From Octopus sinensis (taxonomy: Eukaryota), in NCBI RefSeq assembly GCF_006345805.1, contig NC_043003.1, positions 60,388,001 through 60,452,000 of the forward strand: a stretch of DNA of 64,000 nt. The letters are read 5' to 3'. A program made the translations under genes and the position numbers. Position 1 is the first letter of the stretch. Each line of letters starts with the position of its first letter. Shown one piece after another: positions 37,900-50,411 of this stretch. A model generated the notes under the pieces. The model was not told the DNA's origin and ran no database searches. It saw only the letters and a program-made list of their open reading frames with translations.

Positions 37900-39495
37900 A
37901 TACAATTTTGTGCAGAATAAGGTTTTGTTCTTTCAACGTAAAGTAATAACCGGTTTCGCATTGTTCATCAAGCTAAGGGTTGAAAATAGACGTACTGCTA
38001 AAGGGAAGACATATTACTAGGTGAGATAATTTTTCACTCATATATTGTACAGTAAAGGGGAGGTAAATCTGTAATTTTTATTTTTAGTCTGTATTCTATT
38101 CTGGCTTATATCTTACAACTGAAGGGACAAGTCTTTTATTTTTAACATGGGTTCATAGTTAGTTCTGGTTTATATTTTCGGATAAATGAGGCTTCTTTAT
38201 TCAGTCTTACTTGTGTTGAGGTCCAGAAAGCAAGTTGATAAAATGGGAAAATTACGAATTGTGATTGTATTCGGCTTGCATATTCGTCAATGTGTTGACT
38301 GAGATATATTTGGCAATATTGTTGGGTGGATATTTGTTGCCTGTGGACCGTACATCTCTGTCTGAGTTTATGATTACGTATAATTTCTTAAAGTTTGGGG
38401 TCCTTATGGAGTATTGGCAGGTTTGGGACGATGATATTAAATGCTTCTTTCTTTCTGGGGTTTTATGTGGAGACATAAGGTAGTGTTTTAAGGGTAGGTG
38501 TGTTGCTGTGTTTGGCTTTTCTTAATGTTTTAATATCAATCGATTTTGCACGTTTAATTCCTTCATTTCTGAGTTGGGTTGTGTCTTCCTGGAGTACGTT
38601 TTAAAGCTTTTGCAATCTTAGTTATCTGGTATTTTTTTCGGAGAACATGGTACAAATCCTTGCACGGTTGAAGGAGGTATTTGTTTTGATATGTCTCAGT
38701 TGACATGAGCTAAATAATAAATATTGTTTAGCGTCTGTGATCTTGTAAAAGATATCCGTTCCTATTTTTCTATTTAGTATGTCTAGGAATAGGAGCTCCT
38801 CGTGGTCGTGCACCATTGTGAATTGTATGTTGGTATTAATATTATTGAGGAGACTTTTGAACTCCTGGAGATTATCTATGTTTTCATTCCAGAGGATGAA
38901 GCAGTCGTCCAAAAACCTTTTCCAATTTTCTTTTATGTACTGGGAAAGAGAGAGGGGGTTTCAAAGTTTTGAAAATGACTCCTGATATATTGCTATTTCT
39001 AAATAGCATATTGTTAGATTGGCAATGGTTGGAGCTGCCCTGGTTCCCATTGCAATTCCAGATTTTGGCGATAAACAATGCTGTCAAACAGGAAATGGTT
39101 GTTTTGGAGAATGAATTTAATTGATTCGATTATGTAGACTTTGTTGATCCGTTCTGGTATTTCTTCTGGATATTTGTCCAGACAGAAACGGATTGCTTCT
39201 ATTCCATAATTATGGGGTATATTTGTGTATAAATTAATCACATTGAATGAGACCATGATTGTTTCCTCCTAGACCCTTTCTGGAAGGGGATTTAACATAT
39301 CTAACTCATCTCTAATATGACACTTGATATGTTTTAGAAATGGTTTCACAGGATGTCCAGTTACAAAAGGCTGTAATTCTAGGTCTCCAGGTGCTGGTGT
39401 ATGTATGCCTTTGGAGATTTTTGATGGCCTCTTTTATAGTTTGGCTTTTGTGAATTTTAGGTAGACCATCACATCTATTAAGTTGCCTCCTGGAC
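37900..39495 (-). mobile_element. Neptune/Penelope-type PLE, degenerate RT, GIY-YIG core deleted
   Basis: SFNVINLYTNIPH, GIAMGTRAAP, RFLDDCFILW, LLFLDI, RLNKEASFIRKYKPEL; decayed hammerhead TTGATGA..GAAACCGGTT at 37944-37975. Confidence 0.85.
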
Positions 39496-39585
39496 ATTCA
39501 CACAGTTGCTGATCTCATATAGAGAAAAACAACTTGTTTTAAATCTCTGAGCGACAGAAAAACAATAACAGTACGAATAGTAACA

Positions 39586-39672
<87 letters not shown>

Positions 39673-39849
39673 ATGTGTGTGTGTGTGTGTGTGTATGTAA
39701 ACACAATTGCAGCATGAAAAAAACGCAAAAAACCGTTCGATTGGGTTTTTGTGTTTTCTTCTTTTTTTGTTTCAGCACACGATCTCAGATCAAGTCACTT
39801 GCTGTGCAAGTACATCTCTGTAATCTATATATAGCTGAGGTACCCGATA

Positions 39850-40524
39850 ATAAATTTCCGTCAATAAGATGTTTGTTGATAGCCATGAAACATTTTCCGT
39901 CAAATTTCGACATTTTACAAAAATTTTTAATCTATATTAATGGGTAGGACCAATTTGACGAAAAAATGAGCAGCGTCTGGTAGCGAACCAGTATCGTCGT
40001 CATTTTTGTGCATGTGCGTAAAATGGCGAAATTTTACGCGTTGGGGCCGATTTCGTCAAATTAATGTCACGACAGCTAGTGTGCAAGATGCCTAAATTTT
40101 GCTTGAGAAGTAAAATGCTCTTACGTAATCAAAACCTGAAACGCTGTGGAATTAAAACAACGAATTGAAATAATAAGTTTTAGCAAATCAAAACTATTCA
40201 CATTGAAATGAAGAATTAGCAAATGCTAAATAGATTACCGTTAATAAGCTGTCTGTTTATACCCATGAAAGATTTTTCGTTAAATTTCGGCATTTTTCAA
40301 ATTGATGTCACGATGGCTAGTGAGAAAAATGTCGAGATTTTACGATCTTTGAAAAATCGATGCTGATTAAAACTCGATTTTTTTTTAAATTCTAAGTGCG
40401 TAAGGGACCACATGGGCATAATCCCCACACACGTGTCAAGTTTCATCAAGGTCTGTTGGATAGTCTCGGGAGAGTTAAAGTAAGAAATTCACAAACACAC
40501 AAACTTGCCGTTTATTATTATAGA
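39850..40524 (-). mobile_element. Non-autonomous Helitron-like element, 3' limit uncertain
   Basis: rc 5' end A|TCTATAATAATAAACGGCAAGTTTG..TGATGAAACTTGACAC is homologous to the 45447 element. Confidence 0.6.
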
Positions 40525-40592
40525 TTTTTTTTTCAGGATTAAATAAAAAGACAACAAACTGAAAATTTGACATACCTATATATACATATATT

Positions 40593-40894
40593 ACTGTGAT
40601 CACCGTGACTGACCAGGCTATCAGATGTTGCTACACATCGCTGGTCACAATGTGCTTCGCATTGTTTTAGCCTTCAAATGACGCCACCCCGCTGGCCAAG
40701 TGAGCATGCCAACAGAAGAAAGAGTGAGAGAAAGTTGTGGCAATAGAGTACAGCAGGGATCGCCGCGCCCTCCTATTGGAGCCTTGTGGAGCTTTAGGTA
40801 TTTTCATTCAATAAACACAACACCCGGTCTGGGAATCGAAACCGCGATCCTACGACCGCAAGTCCGCTGCCCTAAGCACTGGCCATTGCACCTC

Positions 40895-40895
<1 letters not shown>
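40593..40895 (-). mobile_element. tRNA-derived SINE (body X, tail gamma)
   Basis: Head rc GGAGGTGCAATGGCC..GGTTTCGATTCCC; body GAGAGAAAGTTGTGGC; distinct tail GTGATCACCGTGACTGACCAGGC. Confidence 0.85.
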
Positions 40896-40957
<62 letters not shown>

Positions 40958-40969
40958 ATATATATATAG

Positions 40970-41009
<40 letters not shown>

Positions 41010-41026
41010 ATGTGTATCTATATATA

Positions 41027-41069
<43 letters not shown>

Positions 41070-41217
41070 ATTTAAATATTGAGGGAGATAAATTAATATT
41101 AATTTTAATATCAATTTAAAACCAGTAGTCCAGCATTCAAAAATCTGAGGAGTCAGAGAAAATTCCAATATATGTGTATATTGGCAGGGCTGGCCTGCTA
41201 GGTAGCCGGCCGAATGC

Positions 41218-41253
<36 letters not shown>

Positions 41254-41270
41254 ATAATATATATATATAT

Positions 41271-41354
<84 letters not shown>

Positions 41355-41388
41355 ATATAATATATATATATATATAAATAGATATATC

Positions 41389-41420
<32 letters not shown>

Positions 41421-41593
41421 TATATAAAATTATATATATATATGTATGAAATTATAAATTAGGGTATCGACGAGATATCGCCATGCTGAAAATAGTAGCC
41501 ATGATCTGACTCTAAAACCACCTTAATTGTCCATATATAAACACGGGGACAAAACAAAGAGACAAGATGAAACTAGTAAAAACTTACTGGATA

Positions 41594-41652
41594 ATTCTAG
41601 ATCCCGGATTTCTGGATTTGCATTTAGTAATACTTTTCCTCGTCAGTAGTAT
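41594..41652 (-). ncRNA. Hammerhead ribozyme, left-arm copy
   Basis: rc: atacta CTGACGA GGA aaa GTATT acta AATGC aaa TCC A GAAA TCCGGGA T C tagaat. Confidence 0.7.
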
Positions 41653-41987
41653 ACACACAGAAGAGAAACATAAATACACATATATATAAGCACAACATAC
41701 GAATACTTATATATACGAACGCATACCCACATATATATGCACGTATGCATCATGTCCAGTTCAAAATGCCCGCCGTTTAATTTAAATGTAGATAAATTTA
41801 AATTTATTTCGTCACTGTATTTACTGCAGCGATATTTTGACCATATCGCACACGGAATTAAACGGCGGGCATTTTGAACTGGCCATGATGCATACGTGCA
41901 TATATATGTGGGTATGCGTTCGTATATGTAAGTATTTGGATGTTGTGCTTATATATATATATGTATTTATGTTTCTCTTCTGTGTGT

Positions 41988-42047
41988 ATTCTACTGACGA
42001 GGCAAAGCATTACTAAATGCAAATTCCAGAAATCCGGGATCTAGAAT
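41988..42047 (+). ncRNA. Hammerhead ribozyme, canonical core, extra A before GAAA
   Basis: attcta CTGACGA GG caaa GCATT acta AATGC aaatt CC A GAAA TCCGGGA T C tagaat; 6-bp stem I, AUC site. Confidence 0.8.
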
Positions 42048-42279
42048 TATCCAGTAATTTTTTACTAGTTTCATTTTGTCTCTTTTTTTTTCTCTCCGTG
42101 TGATATATGGACAATTAAGGTGGTTTTAGAGTCAGATGATGGCTGCTATTTTCAGCATGGGAGTATACTGTAGATACCCTAATTTATAATATTAATAATT
42201 ATTACATTTGAAGGTTATTTTTTCCATGCTGACCACTTGATGAAATCGTTATTTTATTTTTAAATTAACGATCTTATCC

Positions 42280-42319
<40 letters not shown>

Positions 42320-42356
42320 ACAGACACACACCGATACATGTACACAAATAAACATA

Positions 42357-43214
42357 CGTGGTCTGATCAATAAGTATCAAGACTGTTGCCATAGTAACGA
42401 CGGTAATGAAGCTAAGGAAAGGAGAGTGAAGCCGCTAGGCACAAATTGACCTTGAAGTCTGCTGTGCACGCACATTAGGTTTTAACGTTCTAGCTCGGTT
42501 CTGCTGTTTATAGCAGTGCTTGTAAGGAAGGTGTGTAGTGTGTGATCGTCGCATTGACAATGACAGAGAAATTTGAGCAAAGAAACTGCCTCAAATTTTG
42601 ACAAAAGCTTGGCAATCTCTGCTCAGAGGCCTACACAGAGTTTTCAAAAGGTTTTTATTGTACTACACAAAATCAAGGAAATCTTGTGCAACTGAAACCA
42701 GTTTCGGCATAAACTTAGCTGACACGCGTCTCATACGCAGATCTTCGGTGATAATGGAATGAAATGAACCGTAAATAATCTGCATCTTTTCTGATAACTT
42801 ACGGATGGTGATTCGACGATTTCTCCTTACAGATTCACGCATATCTGCAATGTTTTTCTCAGTTCTGCAGGTTGCGGCTCTCCCAGAACGTTCGTCAATA
42901 TCAACATTTCTTCGGCCATCTTGGAAACGTCTGAACCACTCGTACACTTCTCTCCATATACTTTCTGCAACTTTGAGTAGGCTCCTGAGCAGGTGCCGTC
43001 ATGAAAAATTTCTCTGTCGTGGTCAATGTGACAATCACATACTACACACCTTCCTTCCAAGCACTGCTTTAAACAGTGGAAGTGAGCTAGAACGGTAAAA
43101 ATTAGTGCGCATGCACAGCAGAGTTCAAGGTTAATCTGTGCCAAGCGGTTTCACTCTGCGTGCTTTAGCTTCCTTACTATGGCAACAGTCCGAATAAATA
43201 TTGATCAAACTTCG
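42357..43214. mobile_element. Non-autonomous mariner fold-back element (both ends are 5' ends)
   Basis: TA|CGTGGTCTGATCAATAAGTATC ... TATTGATCAAACTTCG|TA; arms about 240-280 bp; minus-strand transposase MYEWFRRFQDGRRNVDIDERSGR..RRVSAKFMPK. Confidence 0.85.
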
Positions 43215-43811
43215 TATATACTTACATACACGCATATATTCATAAATGCAAGCATTACCATCATACATGAATACACGAATATACATTCAAATATACAAAG
43301 ATATGTATATGCAGTCCTCCCTCCCTCCCTACCTACATACATACATACATACATACATACATACATACATACATACATACATACATACAAACATACTTAC
43401 ATCAATGGCATATCGCATACTTAAAAACTTCATTTATCCCATACTGTATCTCGTTAAGAATTCTCTCTTTCTTTTTACCAATTTGTTGAAGCAATTGTAA
43501 CTTATTCTTGTAATTGTCATTCTGACGACAATAGCTGGGAATATTTTTCAATATTCTTTTCTTTTTATCTTTTTGATTCTGTCTCAACAGCAAAACCATC
43601 GCTTTCTTTTCCTGCAGAGATTTCGCTTAAGTAAAACAGATTTTTTTTCCCTAATGTACAGGCAAACGCGTACGCGTCGATTTTTTTTTCTTTTTATTGT
43701 CCGTTTTGTGTTCAGTTTGAGTATGTGTGTGTGTCTGTGTGTGTGCGTATGTGTATGCGTGTGTGTATGTATGAACATATAAATATATATACATATATAT
43801 ATATATGTTTG

Positions 43812-43873
<62 letters not shown>

Positions 43874-43875
43874 AT

Positions 43876-43915
<40 letters not shown>

Positions 43916-44379
43916 ATATACATATATGTATATGTATGTAATATATATATACGTATTAGTAATTAGTTATATGTAAAGTATATATATATATATATATCAA
44001 ATGTCCGTATATGCGCTCATACATATACAGACATATATGATATATATATATATACATATAGACACAAAAAGATATGCACTCACATGTACATACTCAAATA
44101 TCGGGATAGGTAAAGTACTACACTCACACACACACGCACCACACACACACACACACACACACGTATGTACATGTATGCATCCATATATGTATGGATGGAT
44201 GGGTGGATGAATGGATGGATGAATGAATGGATACACGCTCACACACAGATACTTGCCATTTCTCTTCCGTTTTAATTGCCATTGTATTCCAGGCCCTAAT
44301 CACACTTCTTTTATCAACAGGGGTGTGTACTTTTATTATCTTTATTATTATTCAAATTTTTTTTTGTATGCATAGGAGT

Positions 44380-44492
44380 TATTTTATGTTTATTTATTTT
44401 TCTTATTACTGTTATTTTTTTTTTCCAATTTATTATTATCATCATTATTTTATTATTATTATTATTTTTGGTATCATCGCTATTATAATTTA

Positions 44493-44524
<32 letters not shown>

Positions 44525-44562
44525 GTTGTTGTTGTTGTGGTGGTTATCGCTATTATTATTAG
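44380..44562. repeat. (TAT)n/(TGT)n low-complexity tract
   Basis: Direct reading. Confidence 0.9.
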
Positions 44563-44712
44563 TGCTGTAGTTTTTCCTTTTGTTTTATATCTGATGTTGA
44601 TTACATCACTCAATCAGCATTCTAATTCTTGATACAAATAAGCTATGAATAACAAGAAGAACAACACTATCAAACATGCAGTATAATTATCTACACGAAA
44701 TAAACACATGGC

Positions 44713-44783
<71 letters not shown>

Positions 44784-44991
44784 GTATGTATATACGTATG
44801 TATATATTAAAAATTATTACTATGCACTTATAGATACATGCCCGTTTTTGCGTGTGTCAGTGTGATGCGTGGAGACATGTGCGTGTGTGTGTATGTGTGT
44901 GCGTGCGTCTGAATATTGAGATATGTTCAGAGTATTTATGTGCACTCATTTGTCTTCTGTACACGCAACTGCATTTTGAATGAGTTGATGT

Positions 44992-45029
<38 letters not shown>

Positions 45030-45257
45030 CATTAAGCTATAAAATATAGACGTATTGAGTAAAAGTTGCTTTTCTACTGAACGAAGTTGAAAGAATTAAC
45101 TACAGTCATAGAACCATTTCACTTACATTCATGCGTACAGAATATTTGAATACATTTCACATAGGAAGTTAACTACAGCAGTAAGGCAATTTTTATGAAT
45201 GTATGTATGCATGTATGTATGTATGTATGTATGTATGTCTATCTATCTATCTATCTG

Positions 45258-45315
<58 letters not shown>

Positions 45316-45446
45316 GATCTATCTATCCATCTGTCTGTCTGTCTGTTATCTATCTATTTTCCTATCTATCTGTTTGTCTGAGTGTCTATCTATCTATCCA
45401 TTTTTCTATCTACACACACACACATACACACACACATATATATATA

Positions 45447-45813
45447 TCTCTATATATAAACGGCAGTTTGTCTGTGCGTGTTTCTGTGTGTCTGTTTGCT
45501 TGTACCCTCACCCTGACCACGGCTTTCAACCGATTCTGATGAAACTTGACACACACATAGCCCAATGTCATAATTCAAAACTAACGCAGCGAAAATTTTG
45601 AAAAGTTCCCCCAGTTCTGAAAAAAATCGATAAATTCGACATGGGGTCGAGAATCAGAAACACAAACCACAAACTGTCTAGGGGACGCAACTCCACCTTT
45701 TTAACTCTCAAATTTTTTTTCCATTTTTTTGCTATTTTTTGGCTATAACTCTCTAAAAATGCTTTAAAGTTATTTCCCTTACAAACCCGAGCAACGCCGG
45801 GCGATACTGCTAG
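45447..45813 (+). mobile_element. Complete 367-bp non-autonomous Helitron
   Basis: A|TCTCTATATATAAACGGCAG ... CCCGAGCAACGCCGGG hairpin (45786-45801), 8 nt, CTAG|T; no TSD. Confidence 0.85.
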
Positions 45814-45942
45814 TATATATATAATCTTTTATTCTTTTATTCTTTTACCTGTTGCAGTAATGTCCACTGTGGCGATGGGGAAGATAAAGCGGATACAAAG
45901 ACACACACACACACACACATATACATACGCATATACGACGGG

Positions 45943-46072
45943 CTTCTTTCAGTTTCCGTGTACCAAATCTCACGGCTATATTAGAAGACACCTCCCCAAA
46001 GAATCACGCAGGGGAACAGAACCCACACTATGTGGTTGGGAAGCATGCTTGCAATCACACAACTATGCCTGT
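45943..46072 (-). mobile_element. SINE family A head
   Basis: CGACGGGCTTCTTTCAGTTTCCG..CACACAACTATGCC. Confidence 0.75.
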
Positions 46073-46082
46073 ATATATATAT

Positions 46083-46115
<33 letters not shown>

Positions 46116-46937
46116 TAAAATAAGCAAAAGGATATCCAGAGGTAATGCAGTACGATCGTTTCATGCAACTCCATTTAATTGAACAATGCAATCTTTGCAT
46201 CAATTTAAAATATAGAGCAATCTTCAGCTGCACAAAGACATAGAATTTAATTACATTAGAACAGATGGACACATTGTTATAATTGTACCTAAAATCTCCA
46301 TGAACTTAAGGAGATAAACAAAGAAGATGTCTCTACTTCAGCATAGAAGTTATTAAAATTATCAAGAAGTTTCTGCCTGCCACTGATTTTTTTTTTCTTT
46401 AGGGGTTCAGTTTTAATTTATAGACTAGTTTATCAAATCCCTTGTATATCTAAGGCTGATAGAACAGAGGGCAGTATCCGTTAGGAGTAGGATGGAGCAG
46501 CCTTGACCATAGGGTTGCTCGTTAAACAGTGCCCTCTAGCGACCTGCAACAAGGGCAAGTATGACGTTATTATAATTACTTCATTTGGAATACCATGAAC
46601 TGCTTAAGTTACTCAAGGGATTTACTCAGAGGCATCATTCATATGAAAGAAAGAGTTAAGTTATCGTTAACTATAATAAATGGCTAACATTAATTGATTT
46701 TCAGCATGTAGTAGAGATAAATGCCGATACGCTTCTCGCTTATAGTCATTCCGCAAAGCAGACATCATCGTGCCTTGCGTAATATCGATGAGAGAACCTT
46801 TAAGCAAAAGTATAATGGACATAACAGATGTTTTCATTGCCGTGACATCTACCTTGTTCAGACCAACTGTGTAACTATTTTCTATATACTTTTGTAACAG
46901 TTTGAAATTAACTGTTAGATTGCTTAAAATATTAGTT

Positions 46938-47146
46938 TCAAATTTTGGATCAAGGCCAACAGTTTCGGGGGCGAGGGTAAGTCAATTACATCGACCCCAA
47001 TGATCAACTGGTACTTATTTTATTGACCCCCGAAAGGACAAGAGGCAAAATCGACCCCGGCTGAATTCAAAATTAGAACGAAAGATGGATGAAATGTCGC
47101 TAAGCATTTTGCCCGGGGCGGTAACGAATCTGCCAGATAGACGCCT
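46938..47146 (-). mobile_element. SINE family N
   Basis: CAACTGGTACTTATTTTATTGACCCCCGAAAGGAC..CTAAGCATTTTGCCCG. Confidence 0.8.
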
Positions 47147-47619
47147 TCATTGCTTAAAATATTACATGCTTTAATACATTAAAAAAAATTTTCAGGGATA
47201 TAAATAACTGAAATTGGTGTGTATCTTTATCAGACGCTCGTGTGTCTTATGCTAACAAATACGGTATTATTTTTGATAACAGCATATCAATCAAATAATA
47301 GCAATTTCTAGTGTTAAAGAAATCATTGGAAATTTCACAACCTGAAAATGTATAGGGACATACAAGCAACCTATTACCACTTGGTATCAGGGTTGGACAA
47401 GAAAATTTTACATTTTCAGTATTGAATAATATGCCACATTAAAAAACTCTGAAGATTTTAAAGATAATCGCCAAAAGAAATTAAGTTATTGAAACTAAAT
47501 TCAACACCGCTTATCGTAATTCAGAATACCTGACAATAAATCTATCATACACATACGAATACATACATACACACTCATGCATACGTACATACATAAATAA
47601 ATAAATAAATGAATATATA

Positions 47620-47650
<31 letters not shown>

Positions 47651-47673
47651 ATATATATATACAAACATACATA

Positions 47674-47707
<34 letters not shown>

Positions 47708-48374
47708 TACTCACACACATACACAAAACACCAATAATACAGACGTTGGCATTTATAATGTAATACAAATGTTATGTTGGTACATGTTTCTGTATAAAAC
47801 AACAGGTGCAACGATTTTGATTATTATATTTTGCAATAAATCATCAGGTGCTACCAGTAAACTCTTCAGTGTAATATAATGCTGTAAATGAAACATCATA
47901 TCGTTTATAGATGTCATTTTGCATTTTTTGGTAAAAAATTGCTTTATCATTTTATCTTAGTTGATTTGTCTAGGATGTTTTCAGTAAACATTTTGTATAA
48001 TGCATTTGAATCATAACAATATTCGTCGTCTGTTTATTCAAGTTAACTTCACAATATATCAAGTAAAATGGATTTTTATTGCAAAAGAAAGTTAACATAT
48101 TTGATGTACCTTCTTGTTATTGATGTTTCCTTATTTATGTTTTAATATTTCCAGAAACTAAAAGTAGAGACTCCTGTCAAAATCTTCCTGGCATGCAACT
48201 TATGTCGCGCTCAAGACAATTCTTTCTCACTCTGTAGCCTTCGATTATGACATTGTTGATCAATAATTGATCTTTACAACAACATAAATCTTTGAAGCTT
48301 CAAGCGAAGATTCATAAAAAAATAGCTTCAAAGGTTTTCTCTTCAAAGTTCCTTCTTATTTTAAGTGCTGGTTT

Positions 48375-48540
48375 GTTTACTTCCTTGTAACTTGGCGGTT
48401 CGAGAAAAAATGAGGACAATAGAATATGTAACAGACTAAAAGAAACAAAGATTCTGCGGTCGATTTCTTCGACTAAACTGTTTAAGGCGGTGCCCCAACT
48501 TGGCCGTAGTCCAATGACTGAAACAAGTAAAGGATAAACG
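48375..48540 (+). mobile_element. SINE family A, 3' half
   Basis: GTAACTTGGCGGTTCG..GGCGGTGCCCCAAC..GACTGAAACAAGTAAA. Confidence 0.75.
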
Positions 48541-49057
48541 AAACAAATTCAGCTTCGTTTTTCTCTTGGTGTCTCTTATTCTTGCTTTCATTATCATTAA
48601 AACTGCCACTCGTCGTCTGAAAGACACCTCTAAGTTTTAGTACATGCGTTTGAATATATATGTAGTGTCAATATACTTCACAAAACATGCATCATCGCTC
48701 CCAGCGGTGAATTTATTTCGTACGGATCTTGCCTGCGTTGTTTGATCGCCTCTGGTCTCATGTAATCAATGCTTCACTTTCATCCTGAAACGTTAATATT
48801 TGATTTTGTTGAAAATAAAGTTATATTTTCGTTTTCTAATTTTCTACATTCAACTAAATGTTTTCCGTGTATTATTCACCAATCACCACCTACGCATCCG
48901 TTGCCTAACAACAATATACAGTTGTTGGCGACGCTTCTTTTCCCCACAAGTCTATCAGAGGTGGTCAAACTGATATAATTTTGCATTGAGACAGCTGGTG
49001 AGAGTCCAAACAATATTCCTATTCTCTTTAATTGTAAACTTTGGCATGTTTTTATGC

Positions 49058-49090
<33 letters not shown>

Positions 49091-49572
49091 TGTATGTATG
49101 TATGTATGTATGTATGTATGTATGTACGTATGTATGTATGTATGTATGTACGTATGTATGTATGAATGTAACCGATTGAAGGGTCATCTCAGGCTTTTTA
49201 ATAGCACCGAAGTATGTCTTGGTTTAGTTGTTGAGTCCAAGTAAAATAAGTAGAGTACTTACGTCTACTTAAATAACTTACTGGTGAAATAGTTCTGTTT
49301 TCATCGGCGATGACATTGTTAGTTTCATCTGTAGCGGTGTTAGTTTCAGCCATAATCGTGGTACATAATTTCCACGTGATGTAAGATACATATTATAAAA
49401 TCTGTTCAGGATAATGCTACGTTGGTGAGTAAAAATTTTTTCTCTTATTAATTATTGGAGAAATAAATCAGTTACCGATTTAGGCTGGAGACGTCGGCAT
49501 ATTTCTAGAGGAAGGTGTTGAAAAGGGACTTTTCAACGGTCCTCTACACCTGCACGTCCGATGTTGACAGAG

Positions 49573-49625
<53 letters not shown>

Positions 49626-49756
49626 AATAATGGTGTCATTGAGACCCGAAGGTGTCAGGTAATGCTGAATAAGTGCTATAGACAGACCATAGTTAAGTTC
49701 CAAATTCGGTAATATTGCGAATAAAGGGTTCAACGTTGGTTCTATGTCAGCTTGTG

Positions 49757-50265
49757 TATATAAAAATTTTTTGCGTAATAAGATAAAGAAAAACAAGGCT
49801 GTGTAGATATTAGAGCATTTATAGATAGAAGGTCTTACAGCTGTTTCTAGGATATTTATTAATTATATTCCTTCATCGGAGACGGCGTGAGAGGATAGTT
49901 AAGTCATAGTTAGTTTAGATGTGATACAAAATGGAGAGTGAGGTGGAGGAAAGAAAATAGATGCAAGATATGTATGGGTATTGAAGTTGTAAATCCATTT
50001 TATAGGCATAATGGTATATATGCAATATTCCAATATCCTATGAGTAAAGTCCAAAAGTCCAACAGAGTTTAAAATGAGTCCTTCCAAATATAGAGTTTAT
50101 AAGCAATGTAAGATTCCCTTAACTATCCTCTCACACCGTCTCCGATGAAGGGATATAATTAATAAATATCCTAGAGACAACTGTAAGACTTTCTATCTAT
50201 AAATGCTCTAATATCTACACAGCTTTGGTTTTTTTTATCTCATTACGCAAAAAATTCTTATAATA
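49757..50265 (-). mobile_element. Short PLE 3' remnant with inverted pLTR
   Basis: 49757-49903 is the reverse complement of 50121-50265 (about 90%); spacer reads ILEYCIYTIMP on minus. Confidence 0.7.
49832..49883 (-). ncRNA. Hammerhead-like motif (U4C core, extra A before GAAA)
   Basis: rc: gtct CCGATGA AGGAATAT aattaataa ATATCCT A GAAA CAGCTG T A agac. The inverted copy at 50138-50189 has GAAA changed to GAGA. Confidence 0.65.
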
Positions 50266-50327
50266 TTATATATATATATATATATAGGAATAAAATGGAG
50301 TTAACGCAGGTTTAAACAAGTTTTTTT

Positions 50328-50411
50328 CTTTCTACATATGTTTCAAAAATTCCACTGATACTTATTCAAAAGAATAAAAGGTATAAACAATGCAATTTCT
50401 CTTCGGGAAAG
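50328..50411 (-). ncRNA. Hammerhead-like motif (U4C core, long stem II)
   Basis: rc: ctttc CCGAAGA [gaaattgcattg..ttattc tttt gaataa..cagtggaatttt] T GAAA CATATG T A gaaag. Confidence 0.65.

Larger units (their letters stand above)
41451..42190. mobile_element. 740-bp palindrome: PLE 3' end plus inverted pLTR
   Basis: Arms 41451-41782 and 41855-42190 are over 90% complementary by eye; ELNGG-like ORF end near the centre; hammerhead in each arm. Confidence 0.8.
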
